Origin: Saccostrea echinata
Lineage: Eukaryota
Direction: 5' to 3'
Length of the DNA stretch: 64,000 bases
Assembly (NCBI RefSeq): GCF_033153115.1
Contig: NW_026889805.1
Span: 5,332,001 to 5,396,000 of the forward strand
Part shown: in pieces, positions 33,630 to 47,400 of the stretch
Position numbering within the stretch: position 1 is the first letter of the stretch
Layout of the letters: the number at the start of each line of letters is the position of its first letter
Program-made: the position numbers and the translations under genes
Notes under the pieces: generated by a model
Databases searched by the model: none
The model's input: the letters and a program-made list of their open reading frames with translations, nothing else
Told to the model about the DNA's origin: nothing

Positions 33630-35028
33630 TTACTTCCAATTTACAGGTCGGTATAACATTTTCAGGAATTCTTTGTTGTCAACTTTAGTTATTATTTTCA
33701 CATTATTTGACCTCTTTAAAATCTTTGACCAGTCGACCACCATCATTCCATACGTGTATTCACCTTTGACCTCTACTGTTGCAAACACCTCTTTAGATTC
33801 TTTTACGATTGCCGATTCGTCAACTACCACTGCCATTGCGAATTCGTCAAATGGTGTGTATCGAGACCATTCTATTTGATTAGTTCTTATTTTTTCAAAT
33901 GGTTTCTTTTCTATACGTTTCAGGAAATCGTTAATTTTTGAGGGTGTCTTCCGTAGTGAATCATAATCACCCTGAAAGAAACAACATTCGTAATTCACTT
34001 ATTATATCAGCAATTCAATAAAATTACGTCTTTTTTTTTACCCATGGTAATCGTTACCCAGGCGACAGCGTTGTCACGGCAGACTTCCATGCCGACCACA
34101 GTGATAGGACCCCCTAGTTGTGTTAAGACAATTCTAGCAGCCTCAGGGTCACAAGAGAAATTAAACTCACTACAAACTGTTGAATTCCCTCTGCCTGAAA
34201 TATATGTACATTGTAATTCAATATCTTTGACGACAAAAGGGATGATCCATTCCAATAATAAGAGTCAAAAACATCTTAAAAATAACAATACATGTATTTA
34301 TTTCATTGAATATATCAAGTGCATGTATTTACATTGAACCTGGATAGATGTGTATAGGGTAACATTTCTACATTTGATTTTTAACATTTATCGGATATGT
34401 TAGATAGTAACATGAAATTGGGCAAAATTTGCTACACAAAGTGATAAAAAGCCAAGGACGAATGAAATATTTTTGTTCAACGATTTGAATACCCCTCATT
34501 TGTATGTTATAAAAAATGCGGAAAAGAACTCAAACAACCTATTAACCGTGGGAATTGTGGATCGGAAGTAAGGAAGTGTAGCTTAGCGAAAACTGTTTGG
34601 AGCATAGATCAAACAATGATATCCTCCGTTCAACCATCTAAATTTCTGTTCTATGATACGTTTGTTATACACATTATTACAATCATGACAATGGTCGTCT
34701 GCTCAACTTAATTCTGTCTTGCAATTCAATACCCGGAAATAGATTACACATCGTAATGAATGTTGGATTATTCACGATGTGGGATGTCCCCTAAGTTATG
34801 TTTTCGATTTAGTGCAAACAGGGAATGGCATGGATCGAAATGTTTCGACAGTCGTTTATAATTCAACTTTTAGCGCTGCTTACAGGTAAATATATTACTC
34901 TTATTCTGAGATATAAGTTCAGCATCATGATAGTTTATGAGTTTTATAATGTTTCATCTCAACAAGGTTTATATTTCAATATCTAAGAAATACTGTAAGG
35001 CATGACCAGTGTTAAACGTTAGCAGTCA

Positions 35029-35069
<41 letters not shown>

Positions 35070-38000
35070 GTAAGAAGAATTGTTAAAATGTAATAAAACA
35101 AAGAGCATATAACTAGACTTCATCCTTCACTATCTTATTTTACAAGCTGCTGCGAGGTAATAAAAAATATCACGAGTTTCGTAATTTATAAAATCAATAC
35201 CGCTCTTTAATCAATTGCTTCCTGACTTTTGACTACATGCACTAGTGTTTTGTTCCATGGGTTGTATTTTGTTGCATACAAAGTATTGAAATACTAAGTA
35301 CCAAAGAGATTAAAATCATGTGTATTTTTGTTTTTTATACCATTTTTTGACATGCAGACAAAGGACACTGTCGAGCACCCGATCAGGACTGAGTGGTCTT
35401 TCCATGATGGCGGCTGATTCTCGAGAAAAACGGTAGGTATTCAGTTTATATGCTAAATTTTCCTAGTCGGTAGCTTGCTTAAGTCAAGTGTGCGTTAAAG
35501 TTAGTAGCCAAAATCTTTCTTGTGCATATCGTTGAATCCTTTCAAAATTGTAACTTTATTTAACTATAATTGAGACACATGTACATGTATTTGTCCTTCA
35601 ATGAAATTCAAATACATAAAATGACCTCCGACAAAAAGGGGATGGAATAAGGATCAGACTCAAGCTCAGAAAAAACGTATTTCAATTCTTTTTTGCCCAA
35701 GATTGATGATTAGGAATGACTTATAGTCATGCTTCTGTATGTCTGTCTGCCTGCCTATTGATCTATCCGTATCTGTTCATATATACCGGTATACTGAACT
35801 CAAGTCCAACATAATATTTCCTTTATTATACACAGACGGAGAGACAGACAGACAGGTATTCTGATGCTTGATAATAGTCTATTCCTAATCCTCAAACTCG
35901 AGCCGGGGCAAAGAATTCTTTCTGAGTTTGAGTCCGATCCTTAGCCCAAATATGAGATAACTTGGAGACCGTACCTAAATATTTTTTTTTCATAAATTAT
36001 ACCAAAAAACACACAACCGCTCTAAAACAAAAACAATTTTTCCCTAAGTTTTCATCACTATTTTGCACTGTATTGTTCACATCTAGTTAAAAAAAAATTC
36101 TCAATCGTCATCAGGCGCGGATCCAGGAATTGAAGTTAGAGGGGGCGCCAAAAGTAGGCAGGGGGTCTGGGGGCCGCCTTGAGGCCCCCAGTGGGTCCAG
36201 CTCCTGTATTCTAGAGATTTTGTATGGTAAAAATGAGGTCTACCGAGTGGACATTTTTACATTTTCTCGACGAAACTATGATTTATGCTAACTTTGACAA
36301 TTTTAGGGGGGGGGGGCGCGCGCCGGGTGCGCCCCCCCCCCCTAAATCCGCCACTGGTCATTTGTAAATAAGAGTGAAACGACATCAGACTCAGGAATTG
36401 TGAAATAAGGGACTCTTTCTGCTGTAAGTCACTCTTCATTTCATTGAAAGATAAATGTTTCAGTTATTGCCGGTCCGTGTTACGTAACATATTGGCAATT
36501 TTGATAGGATTCGACAATATGCACAAGTTAAGAAAGATTTTGGCCACTATTACTTCTAACTTTAACGCACACTAGCCTTGAGCAAGGAACCGACTAGAAG
36601 AATTTAGCATCTAAACTGGATACCTACCATTTTTCTCTCGACTCTGCCGCCATCTTGGAAAGTCCACTCCTGATCGGGCATAGAAGGAAAAACTTTAAAG
36701 TCTTTATGTTTGTCGATCGCAAATGCTTTCATGTGAGTAACTTGTTACATCTTGTTCTTTTTATTATAAGGTTCTTGTCATGATAAAACATGGAAGCATA
36801 TCAATACTGAGTGTTTTAAGGTTATGGACAATCCAGAATTTTATGACAAAGCATATTTGTCGTGTAAAGAGGCGGGAGGGGAACTCCTATCTTCCGGAAG
36901 CAGACACGTTCTTCTGGATCTCAATATCACGTCTATTACGTGGTTAGGAAATTTACAAGAAAACGACAACACATCTGATTTCATCAGCTATTATGATGGG
37001 AAAGAACAGGGAAACATAACATCAACAAGACAATGTCCCAGTATTGAAAGCAGCTCCTCAATTGTTACTTTCGATTGCAACAAAAGTTCAACGGTTGTGT
37101 GTCAAGCAGTGCATTTCTCCTCGAATGAGAAGGACGGAAAAGGTTTGCACAGTCGCCATTATTATGACTAGTTTCTGAGACATTCCAGTAGCACATGATG
37201 AAAATTGCTTTAGGGGACCGAGAAAACTTAATTTAATTGCTTTATATGTTCTACTTTCAGGAATTCATTTGAAGTTTGGTAGCCATAATAATCTCTGGAG
37301 TCATCCTTCTCATTTTTCTTACACTTGTGATATACAGTGCGAAACATCGTCTGGATAATGAAGAAAGACAGAATTCAGAGACGGTGGTTTATGGCAAGTA
37401 TACACACTTGCAACAAGTTGAAGATGTGAAGCTTAATGTTATTAATGAACAGCCAAATTTTGTGCCCAACAAAACTATTTTAAGTCAAAAACCAAAACCA
37501 TCAGCAACAACAAATGGAGAAGAATTACGGGGAGTATCAGGAGAAGAGAGTGTTCGAATAAGAACGGGAAATATGTACAGTTCTCAGTCCCGTCTGCAGG
37601 TTCAGAACAAATGTTGAATGACAGAAACTGCTGATTTATAAGATAAAAGCCTATTCCTGCAGTTGTTATAAATACATGTACCAGTTTTTCAATGACTACA
37701 TGCCCGTGAAAAAAATCCAGTCGGTTACTAGTATTTTTCACTGATTGACATTTGTTTCTTACTTGATATATTTTGTTTTATAATTTTTTGAAAAATTTTT
37801 ATTTTTATATAACATCATTATGTTTTCTTTACAACCTTTATTTGGTAAAAATAATTAATGATTTTAAACTTACCATAATAATTACCGCCCATTATTACAC
37901 ATTGTTGTATTGTCTGGCCCAGGGAGGGATCCAGTCTTATAGCAGTGGCTACATTTGTAAGGGGTCCCAAACACACTAGTGTCAAACTGCCTGTAAAAAA

Positions 38001-39576
38001 TAGCAAAAATTAACTAGCTTGCTCACTGTGCTGACTTAAGTCACAATATTCTGTATGAATCTGAAGTAGGTACCGGACTTTTTCAAAAATGCTAGCAGAT
38101 GTTGAACTGATTTTTTTTTTGGTGTGTGAGTCTACATTGATGACTTAAATTTTACGTTTGCATTCCGTTTATCAATGATTTTTGACAGAATTACGACCTT
38201 TGGACTTGGAGCGGAACCAGACTACACATAGTAACGGGTAGATTGATGTAATACTCCCAGAATGCTTGTTTCTTAATAGCCAATATTTAAAACCTGGAAT
38301 CGATTTGGGATTAGGAGAAATTAATTCAATCAAAATACAGATCAGTAATGTGGACAAAGAGATTCATGTATAGAATCAAAATGAGCAGAACGTCTTTTAC
38401 CGAAATAAATTTAGACAGTAATAGCTGCAATAATGTAACCCTCTCCGATTTTTTTTTTTGGGAGAGGGCTACAACTCCTTAGGATCTCCGTAATGGTGCA
38501 AGTACGGGAGTGATTCACTACCGCACAGATTTCAGCTCAAATTATCAGTAAATGGGTATTTTATTAACATATCTTACTTGAACTCATAAAATGTAGTTAT
38601 GCAAGACATGAATTGATCCAAAAATATAAAGAACAATCCGTATATCGGTTATTTTTCATGTATGTCAACATCATCACTTGAATTTATCTGCCATGTTTAC
38701 TGATCTTGATCGATTTTATTTAGGGACAACCAATGAGAGTTCGGGATCTAGGGGAGCGGATCGTTTAGGATTTCCCTTATTTTAAGCATAAATATCACTG
38801 TTTATGAAAAAAATATCACATGGAATGCTTTTATTTATCGATGTTTAGTGGTATCATACAACACAATCATTTATCAACACCGACATTTACTTTATCAAGT
38901 GATTCTAAATTTCAAGCGCAAGTCTCAGTACATCACGCGAGAATTGTCATGGCTGCTGAAGAGAACGACTGGTAAACAGGCAGATTTATTTTACTTGGTT
39001 TTCGCGAATAAAGGGCTATGATGTTGATAGTGAATAAAAATTCCGTCTTATTGGAAGTAAGTTGAATGCAAAAACAAATTTATTTTGCCTGCAGTCGCCC
39101 GTATCTAAAAAAAATATATTTGCACAATTACGGAGATGCAGTGGAATTGTAGCCCTCTCCTGCAAATATCAGATTAAAAAAAAATCGGAGAGGGCTACAT
39201 TATTGCAGCTAAGACAGTAATAGAATTGAGAACAGGGTTCGTGCCACACAAAAACCTGATCATTCAATAAGTTTCACCTTTTCATCCCATTCCCTAAATT
39301 CTTATTAGTCGAAAAGGTTTTCCAAATCTTACGTTCATGAAACGCTCGTGTAATGCATGATACAATGTATCTGAATGTAGTGTGGAGCTCCTCAGATTTC
39401 TCTTTAGGAAGTTGCGAGTATTTCTTAACAATCTTGTATACTAGTAGTCAACAGTAAGCAAATGACATATATTATATCATTTTAAAATTATTTTGGAATA
39501 AAGACTTTTTAGCAATACTTAATACTTAAAATATCACAATAATTGTGAATTTCAGTGTATCGCGACCAATTTTTTT

Positions 39577-39613
<37 letters not shown>

Positions 39614-40552
39614 TGCAGTGTGCATGTGAAAAGAAATAATAGAAAATGTGCCACTGGAAATTATAAGTTTGACTTAAAGCGGAAGTGATAGGGACCAGAA
39701 ACAAACTGTTCATCAAAGCTGCAATAATTTGCCTCGTGCAAAGTACTAATAAAATGTGGGTATCCATACCTCTGAACTCGTTGCAGATTCGCACAATGGC
39801 GGCTGAGGCAGATTCCGGATTGATCAAAGATTCGTCTACTGGTTCGGGATCTGGCGAATCACCCAGCCCATCCCAGCCATGGTATGGTTCGACATCATGG
39901 CGTCTCTCATTACCCAAAATACTTTTCTCGCTTCCAACATAGACTGGTATCTAATTGTAATCATTAGTTCGACAGAAGGTCATTCAGATTACCACAGGTA
40001 AAGGGAGTAATAATGCATCTATATATTACCTGCAGAACCGTAGCTCTCTGGGACAGAAAAACTGGGACAAGCATACAAGAGACGCCTGAGAGTCTAGTTG
40101 TCCGAATTTACACACCCAGGGAGCTATAGTTCAGAACAAGCTTACAGATCATTGTCGATTTCCTCTGGTGGAAATTAAAATTTGATTCTGATTTACCTAT
40201 GAGTAAGGTTAAATGTTAATCAGGATAAATATTCTTTACAAATAACTGACAAAAGAGCTACATATAACAGCATCACCTAAACAAAGTCAATTGTTGACAC
40301 GGACAGACATGGACAATTTCTACAGAAAATTCTAATCAAACTGTCTGCAATATTGAAAGGGGTATTACTTACGTCTAATCTTTCTGCAACTCGGAGTATG
40401 CGCAGTACGTTGACAGCCACTTGCTTTGGAAGTACGTTCCCTTGGACAATGGTAATGGCAACGACATTTACTTCTGGGGAACTGAGAGCCAAAAACAGAG
40501 CTTGGGCATCATCAATCCCTGCATCACAGTCGATCAAGATAGATTTTGGCAT
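33630..40552 (-). CDS. Nucleoside hydrolase (IUNH family), 318 aa, copy 1. Exons 40552-40373, 39950-39770, 37990-37874, 34194-34058, 33971-33630
   Basis: DCDAGIDDA metal-binding motif, HGWDGLGD, LGPLTNVA, IMGG, GN..SEFNFSCDPEAA, GMMVVDW. Introns are GT-AG and the spliced frame is open over 957 nt. Confidence 0.93.
34825..37358 (+). CDS. C-type-lectin-like protein nested antisense in hydrolase intron 3, copy 1; frameshifted before the TM helix. Exons 34825-34885, 36771-37142, 37261-37358
   Basis: Signal-like MAWIEMFRQSFIIQLLALLT|G, then CHDKTWKHINTECFKV..AYLSCKEAGGELL..WLG..C..C..VVCQ. Exon 3 has gaagtttggtagcc versus gaagttgttggtagcc in copy 2 (2-nt loss). Confidence 0.7.
35378..36678. mobile_element. 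Old DNA transposon with ~150-bp TIRs in lectin intron 1 (also in copy 2, ~60878-61664)
   Basis: cccgatcagga..gtggtctttcca.gatggcggc..ggtaggtat.cagtttatatgctaaatt is inverted at 36520-36678. Confidence 0.75.
36112..36356. mobile_element. GC-rich MITE with 5-bp TSD (gtcat), copy-1 specific
   Basis: gtcat|caggcgcggat ... atccgccactg|gtcat; copy 2 has a single gtcat at ~61344. Confidence 0.75.
38422..39211. mobile_element. Mutator-like non-autonomous element, 9-bp TSD, copy-1 specific
   Basis: agacagtaa|tagctgcaataatgta.ccctctccgattttt ... aaaaatcggagaggg.tacattattgcagcta|agacagtaa; empty site ggacagtaatagaa at ~63396. Confidence 0.88.
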
Positions 40553-41502
40553 TGTTCTGACTTTTATAAACAAGATGATATCCTTGGTAGATCCGCTGCG
40601 GCCACGGGAGCTGAAGGAGGACGTGTGTATAAAGCACTTATATATATGTTCACTTTTTAACCGAGAAATTTACTCAGATTTGGACTTATTATGACTTTCT
40701 TCTAAGTGGAGGGCAGGTTTATACCTTTATGGTCTTGATGATATGGATCAACATTAAATAGATGATTACATGATATATTATACTTCATCATCCCTCCTTC
40801 CCCTCCTATCAAATTTTCCCTCCTATTCAACAATAACGATTTTTGAAAAGAAATACAATTTATTTAATTTATCTCATTTTTTAAATTTGATCTGTGTGAT
40901 CAGTATTTAACTACTACTTAGTACTGATTCTCTCTTATGAAATTTCATGATGGAAATATGCGAGTTATATGCAAAAATAAATGATGAAGAGGGTTTTAAT
41001 CTTTCATAGATCATTCAACAGCTAGCACCTTTAATCTTTCTATAAAAGTGTTTTGAGACGCATTAAAGATCTGCATAAATCGTCCATTTCGTAGAGAGAC
41101 TGTCCATGTTTTCAACACGACACTATTATTCCCAAAAGAGTGAAAATTATTTCAGGCTAGCAATTTGCTTTCGTAAATGTTACGTTATGCTTTCAAACAT
41201 AACAACAATATACAGTCTGTTGTGATGCATAATAGCAAATTATCCAATAAAGCAAACATCATGTACTATAATTATGATACACGTTATTTAGGAACATTGG
41301 ATACTCCAAAAAATATGCTAAGAAATTTGTAAAACTTATATTATTTCAATTACGCATATTTATCACAAAATTTTCCTATCAAACCAGCCTTATTTCTTTA
41401 ATTTCCCCAAATCTCTAGTTTTATATTTACATGTATATTGAAATTTAATGCAAAATCATGAAAAATTAAATACCATATAAAAATTAAATAAATAAAATTA
41501 AA

Positions 41503-42245
41503 TTTACACACTGAATTGTAGACGGATTTTCCGTTATTTCCCGATCATGACAAGGAGCACACGGCGGGTGTGACCGGTCGGCAGGGGATGCTCACTCCTC
41601 CATGGCACCTGATCCCAACTCGGTCCGTGTTTGCTCTGCTCCAAAATTTTTATTGATTAATGGACTTTTGAGCTTGAATACTGTTCGTTATCTCCATAGA
41701 TTTTACACCCAAAAAGGAATATAAATTTACTCTAATTTGTATACGTAACAAACTAATTTTAAACATGAAGAAATGAAATACCCTCCCCCCCCCCCCCCAA
41801 AAAAAAAGAAGAATATTAATTAACCGTAATTTGACCATGTAACAAAATAATTTGTGCCTAAAACAACGAAATTCTAGAGTGTTACTTTCTCTAGATTTTG
41901 GGTATCCTATGATCTTAATTCTGAATGTAATGTTCGCCATGTAACTGCGAATGAATGATGTATGAATATAGCGAACAATAATCATGCTCAAAAGTCTAAT
42001 TAAACAAATGAACACAAATTGAGAGCAGGGCAAACACGGACTCCTGGAAACACCAGAGGTGGGATCCGAGGGAGCCATGGAGAACCATAGAATTTGTTGA
42101 CTTTAAACGAGATTGTTGATACCCTTCTATCACCAACTTATTTGTCAGAAGACTGCATTGGTGTAGAAATTTTGCGTGTGCATCATGCTCGTACGTATCG
42201 CACCAAATGGAAGATATAAACACCATATGCAGGTGAAATGGTATA
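41503..42245. mobile_element. Two further Penelope-like 3' fragments in opposite orientations (41503-41698 +, ~41970-42245 -)
   Basis: 41503-41698 nearly matches 29374-29580. The second fragment encodes decayed ..LLTNKLVIEGYQQSRLKS on - and shares the 3' UTR. Confidence 0.75.
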
Positions 42246-43382
42246 TTGCTATGACTTTTTTACGTCATATTGTAGACTGGATTATCTATACCTTAATTGC
42301 ATTCGTTGGCGTTCGACAGTTACGGAATTGACCGAGTTTAATCCGCAGTGTGGGTACAACCAAATTTACATCAAGTATCACAAGCATGGAAGGAAACACA
42401 AGATATGTCAAAATAAAAAGTAAAAGGTATAACAAAACATTTATTGACTGTGCTCGGGCAATATGTGTTTTGTCAAACCCTTGAACCATGGAAACTGTTT
42501 GCATTCGGCCTAACGGCCTCAGGCAAACATTTTGGTTCTTGGATCCGACAAAACGCATACTGCTCTCGAACCAAGTCAATAAATGTATACTAATACACCT
42601 TCGTGCGAACAAGATACTCGGTAAGTCGTTCGAACGACATGATATCTCGTCTGCATGTCCCAAATACAATGCATATAATCGTACTTTTGCATGAAAAATC
42701 TCTGTATTATATTGAAAGAAAGGTCAGGAGCGTTACAGGCCTCCGACAAAACATTATCTTTAGAGCAAAGTCAAATTTCTTTGTCGCCACAATGATTAGA
42801 TGAAAACACGTAGACGAGGAAAAGAAGCAAGTTGCCTAACATTTGGAGAAATCAACATGAAGAAACCAACCCAACAATTTATGTATGCTTGTATATTTTA
42901 GTTACACCTTTGAAATGTTATTGTTTGAGTAATGAGTATGATTGCAATTATGTGGAATTCATGCATGCACTTTTTAATTTACAGGTTCAGAATTTCACAC
43001 GTTAATGTTCGAGGTCTTGAGTGGAGTTGCAAATGTTATATTAAACTCAAAAGCTTTTGAGGTCGTTCTACAAAATCTCATGAAATTTTATAAAATCAAT
43101 TTTGTTAAGAAGTCTGATTTAATAAAACTGTTTACCTTTGAGAATTGTTATCTACAGCAAAACACCTACCTGCTAGCTGTTACGATTGTATGTATGACTC
43201 TGCATGACAACATTTACTGCATGGAGTACCTGATAAGAATAATTTATACGCAATGTCGTATGACATAAACAAAGTTATTATCAGTTCAAAAAGGTTCTGT
43301 TACTTAAACAATTTACTAAGTAATATTTTCTTATAATACTAATCAATTTTGCTTTATTTAAGCTAAAATTTGAATTATGGAG

Positions 43383-44476
43383 AGTGGCTATGAATATAAA
43401 GGTAAGTGATTATGAATATGAAAGTAAGTGACTGTGGATATAAAGGTGAGTGCCTGTTGGTATAAAGGCGAGTGGCTATGGATGTAAAGGTGAGTGGCTG
43501 CAGATATAAAGGTAAGTGGATGTGGATGTAAAGGTGAATGGCTGTGGGTATAAAGGTGAATGGATGTGGATCTAAGGGTGAGTGGTTATGGATATAAAGG
43601 TGAGTGGTTATGGATTTAAAAGTGAGTGGTTATGGATATAAAGATAAAGTGGTTATGGATATAAAGGTGAGTGGTTATGGATTTAAAAGTGAGTGGTTAT
43701 GGATATAAAGGTAAAGTGGTTATGGATATAAAAGTGAATGGTTATGGATTTAAAGGTGGGTGGCTATGGATATAAAGTTGAGTGGTTATGAATGTAAAGG
43801 TGAGTGGCTGTGGGTATAAACTTAAGGTATTGGTTGTGGATATGAAGACGAGTGACTATGGATGTAAAGGTGAGTGGATTTGGGTATAGAGGTGAGTAGC
43901 TGCAGATATAAAAGTAAGTGGTTATGGGTATAAAGAAGAGTGGCTATGAATGTAAAGGTGAGTGGCTGTGGGTATAAAGGTGAGTGGCTGCAGTTATAAA
44001 GGTGGGTGGATGTGGGTATAAAGGTGAGTGACTGTGGGTATAAAGGTAAGTTGGTTAAGGTATAAAGGTGATTGGCTTTGAATGTAAAGGTGAGTGACTA
44101 TGGATGTAAAGGTGAGTGGATGTGATGTAAAGGTGGGTGGATGTGGGTAAAAAGGTGAGTGGTTATGGATATAAAGGTGAGTGGATGTGTTGTAAAGGTG
44201 AGCAGTTGTGGATATAAAGGTGAATAGTTATGGATATAAATGTGGGTGGCTATGGATATAAAGTTGAGTGGTTATGAATGTAAAGGTGAGTGGCTGTGGG
44301 TATAAAGGTGAGTCGATGTAAAGGTGGGTGGATGTGGGTATAAAGGTGAGTGGACATGGGTATAAAGGTTAGTGGCTGCGGATATAAAGATGAGTGGCTG
44401 CGGGGATGAAGATGAGTGGATATGGATACAAGGGTTAGTGACTATGGATATAAAGGTTAGTGGTAATGGATATAAA
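43383..44476. repeat. ~1.1-kb minisatellite with a 22-bp unit (consensus gtggttatggatataaaggtga)
   Basis: About 50 imperfect tandem units are directly visible. Confidence 0.95.
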
Positions 44477-47400
44477 ACTATTTTTCCCATCTTTGCTTAA
44501 AAACTTATCTGTCTACAGATCTATATAACATATCGTTATTAGACTTATATGGCTCTTCGTCCTTTAAAATATATTCTTTAAAAAAAGACCAAGGACACTT
44601 ATCTGCTCTTTAAATGAAATGTTTCCCCCTAATACTGGTTTATGAATGAACATCAACAGTTTTAACAAATATTCAGAAAATCCATGAGCAAAATATAGAC
44701 TGAATTTCATGTTCATATATCTTATAAAGTGATATGGTCCACTATTTGCAATATGCATATCTGAAGATGTAATGGGTATAAGGAGACTTTTTTTATTTAG
44801 GGGGTTTTCAGAGTATTATGGGAAGTTGGTCCCCCAACGTTTTTGACAGTCTTTTTTTATTTATTTTTTAGTTTTTTTTTAGTTTTTGTTTGTTTGTTTT
44901 CTTTTCTTTCTGTCTTTTTTTTCACTTATCAGAATTTTGGGGAAGTTGCCCACCCCCCCCCACCCCCCTTTGAAACCGTTGCTACAGGCCTTATGGGGAA
45001 AAAAAGATTCAGGTTCGTATGAAATTACTTTTTCAATAAAATCACTTATTTCGGTACATATTTGAAAATTTGAGCATATTATGATTATGTTTATAAACAG
45101 AGTTTTTATGAGTATTTATGAATATCTACCGAGGTATTATTGATAGACCTCAAATATCCACATATGACAGGGTTTGGACAATACAGGCTGGTAAGGCTTG
45201 CTGGACGACCTCGACCACGATTTGTATTTTGTAAAAATAGTTTCACACCTGAATGAATATCTGTAAACTTGACATATATAATAAAAACATATGTATGTAT
45301 ATTTTTTAGATTTATTTGCTAATTTTCGAGGTTGGCGTTTCACCTGGGTGGTCATAAACACCCTTCCCAGAGATTTAAAGTGAGTGTCATTTATAACATT
45401 GCATGCTTATTAATTAATAAATATCATACATATATGGACTCTTTTGGCAGTGAATATAGGACTTGAATGAGAGGTTAATATTGATATTTTTCTGATGAAT
45501 ATCAAACCATATTCACCACAAAAGAGTCCCTAATTGATGTATTATATAATCAAAATTGGAATAAACATGATAAATAAGACAGCGAGGCTGCATGGTGACA
45601 CTGTTTTCACTATCAAACTTCTGTCACAGAAAGATTTAAAAAATGTCCAGATTACAAGCAGGGACCTATATCTAGTCAAACCTTGTTATCTCAAACTCTG
45701 TGAGACCTAGAAAAAACTTCAAGATGTCTGAGGATTCCAGAGATAGACTGAGGGTAAAATTCCTAAAAAAAAAAAAAATTACTGTTTGGGACTTGCAAAT
45801 CACTGCCGTGACATATCCATGGTAATCGAGATATTGGTGTTCGAGATACCAAAGTTCAATTGTAATAACTTAGTGTATACCGGTCCCTCTTACAAGTTAG
45901 AACTTCTGTGTTTTCCTTTCATTGTGTGTAATTGAAACATCAAACTGTTTGCATTGAAAATAATTCAGGCTTGCCTAACATTTTTTCCTGCTCAGATATA
46001 CAGCTGGCTTCAGCCATTGCAACTATATCGTTTACAACATTGTTTGTGATCACAATTGCAGCTGCACGCACACTGACCCTCCGGTGATTATTAGATTAGG
46101 ACTCAAATCCAGTGAATATGTAGTGTTATGAACTGTTTGCACTTGTTTAGATTATATACGGACTATTAGTAGACTATATAATAAACAGTGTCATGAACTA
46201 TCTAGGTTTGTATAGAATACCGTATATAGGGACTATTAATAAGGTGTAACATAATATTTTGATACTGCGGAATATTGAACGCAGGTTTAATATATCGCAT
46301 AATAATTCGAACCTGGGTTCACTTTTTAGCTGCAATATAATAAACCCCCTATAAAATATTGAACACCAGGTTTATAACATCATAACATTTTGCAGCAAAA
46401 TATTGACTCCCCTCAATGATTTTATTTTTCGGTAGTGTGTGTATGTGTGTGAACTCCTCATCTTTTAAATGGGAATGTTTGGAAGGGGGTTCAAAATCTT
46501 ATGGTCATAATATTTTGAACCCTGGGTTTAATATTTTTAGGGGGTTCAATATTTTGAACCCGGATTAAAAATATCAGGGCCTGGGTTCAATATATTATAT
46601 GACATCGGTATATAATAAACTTTGATCTTGGTTCAGGATTCTTTATCATTTTCGTAAGGACATGAATGTATGATGTGGAAAACATTTTTTTGTATCAATC
46701 ATGGTAATTCCATTCTGTGGGTGAACTCATTGGTACTTGTTCTAGCACGATTAATGTTAAAGCTCTTTCTTTCTTGTGTAATTGTTGACTAGCCTACTAC
46801 CAGCATTCATTCATTTAACTTATATCATGATTGTATAATTCAGCTTGATTTGGCCCATTTTCCACAAAAAAGCTAATATGTTAATGTACAATGTATGCTA
46901 TTTATGAAATGCATGTACTACACATATTTCAAATTATTTTTTTCTTCTCTAGGGCTCTTCAGGTTTTAATAAAGCTCAAACTTGATACAAAAAAGTATAT
47001 TGCCAATGACACCACAATAGCTGAATTGTTCTCAAAGACAGCAGCCAAATATCCAAATAAAGACTGTATACTTTTTTGAGAAGCAGCGATGGACATTCAA
47101 GGATGTGGATATATATGTAAATCGTGTAGCCAATTACTTCCAGAAGGAAGGGTACCAGAAGGGAGATGTTGTGGCCATTTTGATGGAGAACAGGCCCGAG
47201 TACATCTGTTTCTGGCTAGGTCTATCAAAGATTGGAGCTGTAGCAGCCTTGATAAACTATAACCTCAGAAATCAACCCTTGGAACACTCTGTTTCTGCAG
47301 CTGAAGCCAAAGGCTTTGTATTTGCAGGAGATTTGTCAACTGGTACATAGAGAAAATAGCAAGTTTTTAAATAAACTTTTGATTTTATTCCTTATAAACA

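Larger units (their letters stand above)
25514..39850 (+). repeat. Segmental tandem duplication, copy 1 (portion with a visible match; the whole unit is 25514-53211)
   Basis: Collinear high similarity with 53212-64000; tgaatgatggt..gtttgactaagttaataagg starts both copies. Confidence 0.95.
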
